A stretch of DNA of 37,930 bases, from assembly GCF_002742695.1 (NCBI RefSeq), contig NZ_DLUI01000160.1. One strand, written 5' to 3'. Source of the DNA: Sulfuricurvum kujiense (GTDB lineage: Bacteria; Campylobacterota; Campylobacteria; Campylobacterales; Sulfurimonadaceae). The notes beneath the pieces were generated by a model. It ran no database searches and was not told the DNA's origin. It worked only from the letters and a program-made list of their open reading frames with translations. Numbering within the stretch: position 1 is the stretch's first letter; each line of letters starts with the position of its first letter. Made by a program: the position numbers and the translations under genes. Below, piece by piece: positions 26,593-35,802 of the stretch.

Positions 26593-26767
26593 ATACGAAG
26601 CACAATTGGATGAAGCTATAAAAATTCTCCAAGAGTGCCAACAAGAGCAGAATGTGAGCAGTTGCTATGTCTGTGAAAAATGTATCGGGTGCGAAATTCG
26701 CGCCAAATACATCCGTGCCGTCTATGAGAGTATGTCCAAAGGTGAAACCGGCGGGTTTGATTTTTAA
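26570..26767 (+). CDS. Small conserved Cys-rich hypothetical protein
   Basis: 65 aa with C-x8-C-x2-C-x2-C-x2-C and a C-terminal [14 protein letters not shown]. Fills the fbp-metG gap in-operon, where Campylobacter also has a small gene (from recall). Confidence 0.75.
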   Translation: MSMPEQSEYEAQLDEAIKILQECQQEQNVSSCYVCEKCIGCEIRAKYIRAVYESMSKGETGGFDF

Positions 26768-26779
26768 TAAGGAAAATAA

Positions 26780-28729
26780 ATGAAAAACTATATTACCACC
26801 CCTATTTATTACGTTAACGGCGAAGCCCATATCGGTCATGCGTACACAACGTTCATCGCCGATACGTTGGCACGTCATTCACGCCTTCTCGGAAACGAGA
26901 CCTATTTTCTTACCGGAACGGATGAACACGGTCAAAAGATCGAAGAGGCGGCAAAAAATCTCTCCAAACCGACACAGCAGTTTGCCGATGAGATCAGCGC
27001 GACGTTTCGTACGTTGTGGGATGAGTTTGATATTAGTTACGATCAATTTATCCGTACTACCGATGAAACCCATAAAAAAGGGGTTCAAGCCGCATTTTTA
27101 AAAATGCATGAGAACGGTGATATTTATAAAGACTTCTATGAGGGGAACTACTGCGTCAGCTGTGAAAGCTTCTTTCCCGAATCTCAACTCATGGACGGCG
27201 GCGGCTGTCCTGATTGCGGCAGAGCGACTACCATCGTAAAAGAGGAGAGTTATTTCTTCCGTCTCTCCAAATACGAAAAACCTTTGTTAGAATATTATGA
27301 AGCCCATCCTGAATTTATCCTCCCTAAATCACGCCGTAACGAAGTGATCAGCTTTGTTAAGGGGGGATTGAATGATCTCTCCGTCACCCGAACCAGCTTT
27401 AGCTGGGGTGTTCATTTGCCCGAATCGTTGAATGAGCCGAAACACGTTATGTACGTTTGGCTTGATGCCCTGATGAACTACGTCACGGCTCTCGGATACG
27501 GCTCTGATGAAGCTAAAATGGAGTTCTGGCCTGCGACTACCCAATTGGTTGGTAAAGATATCCTCCGTTTCCATGCGATCTACTGGCCGGCATTTTTGAT
27601 GAGCCTCGGATTGCCGTTGCCGAAACATATCGGTGCGCACGGATGGTGGACACGCGACGGCGAAAAGATGTCAAAATCCAAAGGGAATGTTGTCGATCCG
27701 CGTGAGGTTTCCAAACACTACGGTGTTGAGAATTTCCGCTATTTCATGATGCGTGAAGTACCGTTCGGACAAGACGGTGATTTCTCTCAACGCGCATTGA
27801 TCGACCGTATGAACTCCGATCTCTCCAATGATCTAGGGAACCTTTTAAACCGTATCATCGGAATGTCAGAGAAATACTCCGACTTTGTCATCAATAGCTG
27901 TGATGTTGAGAAATACCATGCCAAAGAGCTGAATGATGCCCATACCCTCCTAAACTCTCTTGAGACCTATCTAGGTGAGCTTCAGCTCCATCGTTACCTC
28001 GAAGAGCTGTGGAAAGTATTCACCATCGGAAACAAAGCGATCGAAGAACACGCTCCATGGGTGAAGATCAAAGAGGGTCGTAGCGATGAAGCCCTCGCAA
28101 CGGTTGCATTGGTTGCCAATCTTTTGGCAAAAGCTTCCGTGATGCTCCACTCCATTATGCCAACCACTACCGCTACGATAGCCGACGCACTCGGATTTGA
28201 GATTACGACCGAGAGTTATAACCGCCTCATTGTTAATAAAGGGCTTCTAGAGACCTTTACGATCAAAAAAATCCCTCCTCTATTCCCACGTGTGGATGAA
28301 CCGTTGATGCAAGAAGCTCCTAAAGCAATGATAGAAGAAGCTCCCAAAGCGGAACCGAAGCCTAAGATGGAAGATAAAAAAGAGACAACCGTCTCCGAAG
28401 ATGGTCTTATAACTATCGATCAGTTTTTCCAGACCTCTATCAAAATCGGAACCGTTTTGGATGCCGAAGAGGTACCGAAAAGCTCAAAACTTCTCAAACT
28501 CCAAGTCGATTTGGGTGAAGAATCTCCGCGTCAAATCGTAGCGGGTATCCGTGAGTATTACAGTGCCCAATCGCTAATCGGAACCCAAGTGTGTGTTGTC
28601 GCAAACCTCAAACCCGCTAAACTGATGGGATTGCTCTCTGAGGGGATGATATTAGCGGCCAAAGATTCTGAAGGACTTTGTTTGGTTCGACCTGAAAAAC
28701 GACGCATCAGCGGAAGTTCGGTGGGATGA
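26780..28729 (+). CDS. metG: Methionyl-tRNA synthetase with C-terminal tRNA-binding domain
   Basis: HIGH and KMSKS motifs, zinc knuckle CVSC...CPDC, C-terminal Trbp111-like domain. Confidence 0.98.
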   Translation: MKNYITTPIYYVNGEAHIGHAYTTFIADTLARHSRLLGNETYFLTGTDEHGQKIEEAAKNLSKPTQQFADEISATFRTLWDEFDISYDQFIRTTDETHKKGVQAAFLKMHENGDIYKDFYEGNYCVSCESFFPESQLMDGGGCPDCGRATTIVKEESYFFRLSKYEKPLLEYYEAHPEFILPKSRRNEVISFVKGGLNDLSVTRTSFSWGVHLPESLNEPKHVMYVWLDALMNYVTALGYGSDEAKMEFWPATTQLVGKDILRFHAIYWPAFLMSLGLPLPKHIGAHGWWTRDGEKMSKSKGNVVDPREVSKHYGVENFRYFMMREVPFGQDGDFSQRALIDRMNSDLSNDLGNLLNRIIGMSEKYSDFVINSCDVEKYHAKELNDAHTLLNSLETYLGELQLHRYLEELWKVFTIGNKAIEEHAPWVKIKEGRSDEALATVALVANLLAKASVMLHSIMPTTTATIADALGFEITTESYNRLIVNKGLLETFTIKKIPPLFPRVDEPLMQEAPKAMIEEAPKAEPKPKMEDKKETTVSEDGLITIDQFFQTSIKIGTVLDAEEVPKSSKLLKLQVDLGEESPRQIVAGIREYYSAQSLIGTQVCVVANLKPAKLMGLLSEGMILAAKDSEGLCLVRPEKRRISGSSVG

Positions 28730-29730
28730 GAGTCGAAAATATCCTCGCACTCAGCAAAGGGATACTCCTCGGAGACCCCTCTGTCACTCTTTTTGAAAGT
28801 GTCGTATTCGAACCCTCAAAAGTAAAGCGCGGATCATTTTTTATCGCCTATTCCCCTGAGGATATCCCCGAAGCTCTCCTAAACGGTGCTTACGGTGTCA
28901 TGTTTGATAAACCGACCCAGATTAGTGATAGCGAAATAGCTTGGATTAAAGTCGATAATATCGATAACGCCCTCAAAAAGCTCCTCCGGTTTTACCTTCT
29001 CGAAAAAGAGCTTCAAACCTATGCATGTGATCCGATAACGTTGCATCTCTCGACCATGATTTCAACCCCTGCCAATTTTTGCAATGTTGAGGGGTCAATG
29101 CGGGATATTTGGGAAAAGCTGTGGCCGCTGGAGAAAAAGTCGATCGTCCTTTTCTCACCTGCCCTAACGGATCCCGATATTTTTATCGAGCACTCTCAGC
29201 TTATCCGAGCGCAGGAAAATACGATTACGATTATCGAGCAAACGTTGTTTGAAACCTCCTTTATACATAACGATACCTTTTATGAGCGGCAAATGCTATC
29301 CCCGTTTTTTATCCCTTATCTCGAACATATCCTTTTTTTCTATACCTTTTTACGGATACCGTTTCAAATACGGGGATTTAGTAAAATGGGGCACTTTATC
29401 CCTGTCTTTACGAATTCGAGATTAGAGAGCAAAGAGTTCGGGAGCAGTGACCGCGTCGTCATTTTCGAACCGCTGTTAGAGCTGATCGACGAGCAGATCG
29501 ATTTTCTTGATGCACAAGCTTCATGGGCAAAAATTATCTATTTGCTCCCGGAAACAATGCGTTCTAGCTTGACCATAGGGATCGAAAATATCTTTTTCTA
29601 TCGCTACAGCGAAGAGGTACTAAGTATCTTGCAATCCAAAACATTTCATTTCGCCCTCGTCGCGGGTGTGGATAAAGGGATACTCAATCCATCCCGCTCC
29701 GCCATGAAACAACTGGAACTCGATTTTTAA
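28726..29730 (+). CDS. Conserved Campylobacterota hypothetical protein; N-terminus resembles a Mur-ligase N-terminal domain
   Basis: 334-aa ORF coupled to metG by ATGA. N-terminal KVKRGSFFIA...ALLNGAYGV...WIKVDNIDNALKKL. No P-loop visible. Confidence 0.7.
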   Translation: MRVENILALSKGILLGDPSVTLFESVVFEPSKVKRGSFFIAYSPEDIPEALLNGAYGVMFDKPTQISDSEIAWIKVDNIDNALKKLLRFYLLEKELQTYACDPITLHLSTMISTPANFCNVEGSMRDIWEKLWPLEKKSIVLFSPALTDPDIFIEHSQLIRAQENTITIIEQTLFETSFIHNDTFYERQMLSPFFIPYLEHILFFYTFLRIPFQIRGFSKMGHFIPVFTNSRLESKEFGSSDRVVIFEPLLELIDEQIDFLDAQASWAKIIYLLPETMRSSLTIGIENIFFYRYSEEVLSILQSKTFHFALVAGVDKGILNPSRSAMKQLELDF

Positions 29731-30365
29731 CCGATCCGTATCTCTTTTAACTCTCTTCTCAAACCTCTCTCATTCTCTAAAATAGTCCGTACCAATGCGT
29801 GGAACTCTTTGGAGTGATTCATATGGCGTAAATGGGCTAATTCATGAACAATGATGTAGTCGATATGTTCGTAGGCCAGTTGCATCATCATCGTATTAAG
29901 TGTCACAATCCCCTCACTACTGCAGCTTCCCCACCGTCGTCGCATCTTTTTAAAACGTATCTCTTTGGGGTGTAGATTCATCTTTCGTGCGTAATGCGAT
30001 ACTCGAGAGGGAAGTGTTAAAAGTGCTTCATTTTTGTAAAAATGATGGTAATATTTTTCAATATCAATGCTGTTTTTAGCTTTTTCGAGTGTTTTAATCA
30101 GTTGGGGCAGTTGTAGCAGTGCGACACATTCACCTCGAAATCGGATCGATTCACCGAGTATATGATGCTGTTGCTGACGAGAAGCGATCGCACTCAGTTT
30201 GGAATGTATCCACCCTTCCCTCTCTCGTAAAAGTATACGAATACGCCGCTCGTCTTTGATCGGTGTCCGTACACATACTTCTGCGTTATGGGTTATCGTA
30301 ATATAGGTATTACGATTTCGTGGCCGATAGTGAATCGTAATTGGTGAAGTAAGGTGATTAAACAT
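29727..30365 (-). CDS. YgjP/DUF45-like zinc metallo-hydrolase (M48/SprT-like)
   Basis: MRRRWGSCS and IDYIIVHELAHLRHMNHSKEF (HExxH). Confidence 0.88.
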   Translation of the reverse strand: MFNHLTSPITIHYRPRNRNTYITITHNAEVCVRTPIKDERRIRILLREREGWIHSKLSAIASRQQQHHILGESIRFRGECVALLQLPQLIKTLEKAKNSIDIEKYYHHFYKNEALLTLPSRVSHYARKMNLHPKEIRFKKMRRRWGSCSSEGIVTLNTMMMQLAYEHIDYIIVHELAHLRHMNHSKEFHALVRTILENERGLRRELKEIRIG

Positions 30366-31020
30366 ACGCTATAGGATCAACCGCTCCGGCACGTTCAAAC
30401 CCGCGCAGACGTAATCGGCAGCTATCACATACACCGCACGCCATCTCTTCGCTTTGATAACAGCTCCATGTAAGATGAAGCGGTGCACCCATTCGAAGTG
30501 ACTCTTCAACAATTTGAGATTTTTGCAGATGCACGAGAGGCATCTCTATCGTAATATTTGTCGTCTCTTTAGTTCCCAAGTTTGCCGCGTTCTGAAATGT
30601 CTCAATAAAGGCTTCCCGACAATCAGGATAACCGCTGCTGTCCTCTTCGACGACTCCGATAGCGATAACACTGCACCCCTCTTTTTCGGCAATCGCCGTG
30701 GCGATAGAGAGAAAGATCCCATTGCGAAAGGGGACATAGGTGATGGGGACGCCCGCTTCGATCCCCCCTGTAGGAACCGCTATCGTGTGATCGGTCAACG
30801 CCGAAGCTCCAATGGTTTTGAAAAAATCGAGATCAATTTCGTATTTTTCACTCACCCCTAAATCGTCGCAAATAGCACGAAAGCAGGAGAGCTCTTTTGC
30901 TACGGTGCGTTGTCCATAGTTAAAATGGAGTGCCACGATCTCGTAGCCGCGTGAACGCATAATATAGGCGACAAGGGTCGAATCCATCCCGCCGCTCATA
31001 ATACAAAGTGCTTTTTTCAT
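30358..31020 (-). CDS. queC: 7-cyano-7-deazaguanine synthase QueC
   Basis: SGGMDS, YGQR, TYVPFRN, YPDCR, TWSCY and CGVCDSC motifs. Confidence 0.97.
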   Translation of the reverse strand: MKKALCIMSGGMDSTLVAYIMRSRGYEIVALHFNYGQRTVAKELSCFRAICDDLGVSEKYEIDLDFFKTIGASALTDHTIAVPTGGIEAGVPITYVPFRNGIFLSIATAIAEKEGCSVIAIGVVEEDSSGYPDCREAFIETFQNAANLGTKETTNITIEMPLVHLQKSQIVEESLRMGAPLHLTWSCYQSEEMACGVCDSCRLRLRGFERAGAVDPIAYV

Positions 31021-31041
31021 AATAGTTACCCTTTGTGCGTG

Positions 31042-31050
31042 ATTGTACCA
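31042..31050 (-). promoter_or_regulatory. Extended -10 promoter (TGgTACAAT) of queC
   Basis: The minus strand reads TGGTACAAT 21 nt upstream of the queC ATG, followed by an AAAGGG SD. Confidence 0.6.
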
Positions 31051-31062
31051 ATGGGTTGCTTA

Positions 31063-31071
31063 TGTTACAAT
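31063..31071 (+). promoter_or_regulatory. Extended -10 promoter (TGtTACAAT) of ybeY, in leaderless geometry
   Basis: TGTTACAAT is followed by 6 nt and then ATG 31078; no SD. Confidence 0.6.
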
Positions 31072-31077
31072 ACCGCC

Positions 31078-31500
31078 ATGATAGAACTTGATAACCGAAC
31101 CGACAAAAACTATAATTTTGCCCTTTTAGAGCAAATTGCCGCTACCCTCTGTACCCAAGAGATTGAGTTGATCCTCACCGATAACGACGAGATTGCGCAG
31201 ATTAACCGCGAATTTCGCGACATCGACAAGGCGACCGACGTCCTCAGCTTTCCGAGCGATCCCTTTCCCGGTGCTCCGTTGGGGAGTATCGTTATTAGCG
31301 TTGACAAAGTTCAGAGTGTTGCCCATGAATTAGGTCACAGCGAGAATAACGAAATCGCCCTCCTCTTTATCCACGGGATGCTCCATCTACTAGGATTTGA
31401 TCACGAAATCGATAAGGGGGAGATGCGTCAAAAAGAGGTAGAACTGATTGAGCGGTTCAATCTCCCTAAAAGCCTGATTGTTCGTACACTCGAAGAGTAA
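31078..31500 (+). CDS. ybeY: rRNA maturation endoribonuclease YbeY
   Basis: INREFR.IDKATDVLSFP, LGSIVIS and HGMLHLLGFDH motifs. Confidence 0.96.
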   Translation: MIELDNRTDKNYNFALLEQIAATLCTQEIELILTDNDEIAQINREFRDIDKATDVLSFPSDPFPGAPLGSIVISVDKVQSVAHELGHSENNEIALLFIHGMLHLLGFDHEIDKGEMRQKEVELIERFNLPKSLIVRTLEE

Positions 31501-33306
31501 CTATTGCTCCTGCGGGGGAGTTTTTTTAATATACCCCAGATCATCCAGCTTATTATAGATGGATGAAATCATCCCTCCGGTAGCCTCTCCCCCGTGTCCT
31601 CCGTGTTCCACCATGACCGTTACGATAAACTGCGGATTATCGGCAGGTCCATACGTGGTAAACCACGCATGAGAACGGCTGAAATAGTCCATACTGTGTT
31701 CACTCTGCCGCTTTTTAACGTTTTGTGCAATCCCCGTTGTTTGTGCGGTTCCGGTCTTTCCTGCTATCGGAAACCGTGTATGGATAAAAGCCTTTGCGGT
31801 TCCGCCGGGGTCATTACAGACACCTCGCATCGCATTTTGTACAATAGGAAGTTTTTGTTTCTCTTGGGGCGTTAAAACATCCAAAGGCTTAGGCATATAA
31901 GGATTATTACCGATCGTTTTTGCAATATGCGGTATTGGGAGAACTCCTGTTGCCATCAAAGCCGTCTGCTGAGCAATCTGCATCGGTGTAACGAGAAAAT
32001 CGCCCTGTCCAATCGACGTATTAAGGGTTTCACCCTGATACCAAGGTTTATTAAATTTTTCCCGTTTCCACGCCCGACTCGGAACGGTACCGATAAATTC
32101 ATTCGGCAAATCAACACCGCTCTTTTTGCCCAATCCCATACGCATCATGCCGTTGCTCATCCGCTCGATTCCCACTTGCAACGAACCTTTATAAAAATAG
32201 TCATCACAGCTTTGTGTAATCGCTTTTGACAGGTCCGTTGACCCATGTCCATGATTTTTCCAACAACGAAATGCACGATTGCCCAGTTTCATAGACCCGC
32301 TGCAATCTACGCTGCTGTGTTCATCAAGCATTCCTGAAGTAGCATAGATAAGTCCCATACCGGTCTTGATTGTCGATCCGGGAGGATAGAGACCATTGAT
32401 CAGCTTGTTGGTAAACGGAGCATCTACACTCAGCATCAGAGCATTCCATTCACTCGAGCTTATCCCCGATACAAACGCATTAAGATCATATTCTGGATAA
32501 CTTCCGGCAGCATACACGGCACCGTGAATATCCATAACCACAATAGCTCCGACACGCTTTTCAAATGCTTGCGTAATAAAATTTTGAAGATTCATATCTA
32601 TATTTAGGACTAAATTACGATTCTCTTGTGTTGCACTGCGTCCTATCTCTTCAATTTCGACGTTATGGGCATTTACCTTGATTCGTCTCTCCCCTGCTAT
32701 CCCTTGTAAATAACGGTTGTAATATTTTTCGATACCATTTTTTCCGACATGTCCTAGCAGTTGCAAAGAAGGATCGGCATTAATCTCTTTTTGATTGGCT
32801 TTTGCCACATATCCTATAAGGTGGGACCCTACCATCCCATAAGGGTACAACCGTTTCGGTGATGGCGATATTTTAATCGTATCCCGTAAATTCATCAAGG
32901 CATATATCGGTATAACCGTTTCATGAGGGACGAAATCTACAACATCGATAAACGCATGGTTATAATAAGAGTCTTGCTGTTTGTAGGTCTTTGCTATTTT
33001 TTTACCATCCAACGTGGGAATCATAGAGAGGAGATAGGCAATCTCTTTGTCCAACAACGTAGTATCTTTCCCTTTGGTCAGATGGGGAGCAAAGGCAATT
33101 TTAAACCCTAATTCATTAATCGCTATCGGCTCATTGTTACGATCCAATATCTCTCCCCTTACCGGAGCGGAGAGCTCAGATTTAATACTATTGTTTTCAG
33201 AGAGACCTTCATAATACTCATTAAATTGGATCGAGAGATGAAATACTCTAACCACCAAACCTATCCAAACAATGATAAAGAACGTCAGTAATATTTTAAT
33301 TTTCAT
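31501..33306 (-). CDS. mrdA: Penicillin-binding protein 2
   Basis: N-terminal TM helix, RGEILDRN, R.YPYG, PGSTIK (SxxK), SCD and GKTGTAQ. Confidence 0.95.
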   Translation of the reverse strand: MKIKILLTFFIIVWIGLVVRVFHLSIQFNEYYEGLSENNSIKSELSAPVRGEILDRNNEPIAINELGFKIAFAPHLTKGKDTTLLDKEIAYLLSMIPTLDGKKIAKTYKQQDSYYNHAFIDVVDFVPHETVIPIYALMNLRDTIKISPSPKRLYPYGMVGSHLIGYVAKANQKEINADPSLQLLGHVGKNGIEKYYNRYLQGIAGERRIKVNAHNVEIEEIGRSATQENRNLVLNIDMNLQNFITQAFEKRVGAIVVMDIHGAVYAAGSYPEYDLNAFVSGISSSEWNALMLSVDAPFTNKLINGLYPPGSTIKTGMGLIYATSGMLDEHSSVDCSGSMKLGNRAFRCWKNHGHGSTDLSKAITQSCDDYFYKGSLQVGIERMSNGMMRMGLGKKSGVDLPNEFIGTVPSRAWKREKFNKPWYQGETLNTSIGQGDFLVTPMQIAQQTALMATGVLPIPHIAKTIGNNPYMPKPLDVLTPQEKQKLPIVQNAMRGVCNDPGGTAKAFIHTRFPIAGKTGTAQTTGIAQNVKKRQSEHSMDYFSRSHAWFTTYGPADNPQFIVTVMVEHGGHGGEATGGMISSIYNKLDDLGYIKKTPPQEQ

Positions 33307-33758
33307 ACTAATGCCGCAACCACTAAAAATTCAATAATCATATAGAGCCCTATATGCCAGTCAATAGCAGGTACATTTAACAGGAGTACCTGATTAACGA
33401 ACCATACAAATAGCCAATATCCGGGATAAGCAAGGGCTACCATAATAGCCGCCATACAAATTTTACACTGAATGATCTGTTCAATTTTGGGGAGGAGATA
33501 TTGTGACAGCAACGTGAAAAATACAATCGTACTACCAAACCAAAACCCTTTTTCAGCTTCAAATACCAGCAGCATCAGCGAAATAATGATCAAGCCGAAT
33601 AAATCGTGTTTCATCAATGCATCGTAATAGAAGAAAAAAAGGATCGCCAATAAAGGGGGCAATAAAAGATACATGCTGCTTAAGCTGATATAGACAACGA
33701 AAAGTGCGACTAAAAAAAGCCGACTTATAACGTTTTGATAAGAGAAACTTCGTTGCAT
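33303..33758 (-). CDS. Integral membrane protein, possibly MreD-like
   Basis: 151 aa with about 5 hydrophobic segments, coupled to mrdA by ATGA. Confidence 0.65.
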   Translation of the reverse strand: MQRSFSYQNVISRLFLVALFVVYISLSSMYLLLPPLLAILFFFYYDALMKHDLFGLIIISLMLLVFEAEKGFWFGSTIVFFTLLSQYLLPKIEQIIQCKICMAAIMVALAYPGYWLFVWFVNQVLLLNVPAIDWHIGLYMIIEFLVVAALV

Positions 33759-34186
33759 ACCGGAAAGTGTTTACATTTAATACAATCTGCCCAAATTTTA
33801 TGTTCAGGGATAGATTCTTTTGGAATTTCAATAAATCCCAAACGTTCAAAAAAGTGTTGTTGATATGTCAACGCCAAAACCTCTTGTAATCCTAAACGTC
33901 GCCCCTCTTCACATGCATTTTCCACTAAAGTAGTTCCGATATTTTGCCCGCGATACGCTGTATCGATAATCATTGAGCGAAGTTCTGCCAATACCGGAGA
34001 ATGGATATGCAATGCGACAAAACCGACCAGTTTTTCCCCATCCATCGCTAAAAAATACGAACGGATGTTCGTGGCGATTTCGTCGTTGCTGCGTGGCAGA
34101 ATAACACCGCTCTCTATTTCAGGCGCAACCAACAGCTGCATTGCCGATATATCGTTTAGTGTCGGTTTTTTATAGGTGATACTCAT
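33725..34186 (-). CDS. GNAT N-acetyltransferase, short ArgA-like (N-acetylglutamate synthase type)
   Basis: ILPRS, LAELRS, YRGQNIG, LALTY, FFERLGF and KIWADCIKCKHFPVCNE. Confidence 0.85.
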   Translation of the reverse strand: MSITYKKPTLNDISAMQLLVAPEIESGVILPRSNDEIATNIRSYFLAMDGEKLVGFVALHIHSPVLAELRSMIIDTAYRGQNIGTTLVENACEEGRRLGLQEVLALTYQQHFFERLGFIEIPKESIPEHKIWADCIKCKHFPVCNEVSLIKTL

Positions 34187-34794
34187 ACATCGTTACTTTT
34201 AAGCAATCGATACAAATGTTCAACTATCGCATCGACTCCGCGACGTTTAGAGTTGGAAACCATAATTGCACCCGGAAACCGTTTTTTCAGTTCGGAAAGC
34301 TCTTTTTGGTTCAGTTTATCAATTTTAGTAAAAATAGTCACGATCGTTTGATCAGGGGTGCATATTTCATTTAAATAACTATCTACTGAGCGGTCAATCT
34401 CCAAATCGGGATGGCGACAGTCAATCAGATGGACAAAAATACGAATTTGTTTCCGCTGGGAAATAAAATCAGTGAGGTTGCTTTCCCAATCGGTTTTAAG
34501 CGACTTTGCCACTTTTGCGTATCCGAATCCCGGTAAATCGACAAATTTTGCATTAAGGCGCTCATTGGTTTCTCGATCGGCAAATACAACATCGAAATAG
34601 TTAATAAGCCGTGTTTTTCCCGGTGTTGCAGAAACTTTAGCCAGTGATTTTCGCTTAGTTAAGGTATTGAGGAGTGAGCTTTTCCCAGTATTGGAACGGG
34701 CCATAAAGGCCACTTCGTTTTGGTACTCATTTTCCGGAGTCACACGAATGGTAGGAGCTGACGTTACGAACGACGAATCAATAATTTCAATCAT
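34183..34794 (-). CDS. yihA: Ribosome biogenesis GTPase YihA/YsxC (EngB)
   Basis: ARSNTGKSS (G1), TPGKT (G2), DLPGFGYA (G3) and TKIDKL (G4). Confidence 0.95.
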   Translation of the reverse strand: MIEIIDSSFVTSAPTIRVTPENEYQNEVAFMARSNTGKSSLLNTLTKRKSLAKVSATPGKTRLINYFDVVFADRETNERLNAKFVDLPGFGYAKVAKSLKTDWESNLTDFISQRKQIRIFVHLIDCRHPDLEIDRSVDSYLNEICTPDQTIVTIFTKIDKLNQKELSELKKRFPGAIMVSNSKRRGVDAIVEHLYRLLKSNDV

Positions 34795-35285
34795 TGAGCC
34801 GCACTTTTTTGTTTTGTTTTTTTATCTTGGACGGTGAAGGTCATAATGACAGGTTCGTTATTAGCACTCTCAGCCGAAGCATTCCCGACAATCGTATTGA
34901 CGACGACTTTATCCCCTTTTACACGTCTAAAATCATCCAAACGGATCAAATCGACTTTTTTATAAAAATGGTATTCACTTTTATCAGGTAAATAAATAGC
35001 CGTTTGCGATTTCCCTTTGTATCTCTCTTTAAGTTCGGTTACGATGTAAAACGATACATCCCCCTCCGCTAAATATTTAACCGGATTTTTATCTTTGTCG
35101 GTATAAATCGTCACTTTTGTGGCATTCAGTTCATCCAGCCCTTTGGTCACTTTGACGTTACCGGTAAAGACCGAAATCCCTTTTAGCTGATCCCCGTTAA
35201 AATTATCAGAAATCACTTTTAACTCTTCACCCCATGTTAGGGTAAACAATAAAGGGGCTAAAAAGAGTAGGTTTCGTATCATCAT
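34791..35285 (-). CDS. lptA: LPS transport periplasmic protein LptA
   Basis: Signal peptide, FTGNVKVTKG beta-jellyroll pattern, kdsC-lptC-lptA gene order. Confidence 0.85.
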   Translation of the reverse strand: MMIRNLLFLAPLLFTLTWGEELKVISDNFNGDQLKGISVFTGNVKVTKGLDELNATKVTIYTDKDKNPVKYLAEGDVSFYIVTELKERYKGKSQTAIYLPDKSEYHFYKKVDLIRLDDFRRVKGDKVVVNTIVGNASAESANNEPVIMTFTVQDKKTKQKSAAQ

Positions 35286-35292
35286 TATTTTC

Positions 35293-35802
35293 CTATTTTA
35301 ATTGGTAACTGCCGCGCACCTGATTCGCGGATACGGTATCGAGTTCGGTATTATAAAGCAATTTCGTCCCCTCTACACGATTAGCGTTTTGGGTAATGAC
35401 AAAAGAACCTTTTGTTTGAACCAAAGATCTTTGAGAGTCATAACTCCCCTCATGGGAGCGAAATTCTAATCCATCTGCTCGTACATAATGGACATTCCCA
35501 TCAAGTTGAATAATCTTATTTCGATACTCTGCATCATCGGATCGGATGGACTGAAATAAATTTTTCGTATTATCGCTAAATTTCGCTGATGTTATCACAT
35601 AATATTCATCAAATTTTTTCCCCTCAACCCCCGATAATATATGATCGATCCCTTTATGGGAGATTTCATACAACGTAAAGTCAGAGAGCTCGATTTTTGG
35701 GATTTCACCCGATTCTTGAGTCGATGTATAATTGGGGGAAAAATAGCCGTACATCCCCATCAAAAAGGCTACAATCAAGAGAAAAAAGAGGTTAATCGAC
35801 AT
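35293..35802 (-). CDS. lptC: LPS export protein LptC
   Basis: Single N-terminal TM helix, LDGNVHY beta-rich domain, located between kdsC and lptA. Confidence 0.75.
   Translation of the reverse strand: MSINLFFLLIVAFLMGMYGYFSPNYTSTQESGEIPKIELSDFTLYEISHKGIDHILSGVEGKKFDEYYVITSAKFSDNTKNLFQSIRSDDAEYRNKIIQLDGNVHYVRADGLEFRSHEGSYDSQRSLVQTKGSFVITQNANRVEGTKLLYNTELDTVSANQVRGSYQLK

Noticed and set aside
28305-28350. Short repeated GAAGCTCC(T/C)AAAGC units in metG
   Set aside because: They encode the EAPKA/EPKP low-complexity linker before the tRNA-binding domain, which is ordinary for MetG.
31021-31041. preQ1 riboswitch upstream of queC
   Set aside because: The predicted leader is only about 15 nt and shows no preQ1 stem or A-rich tail.
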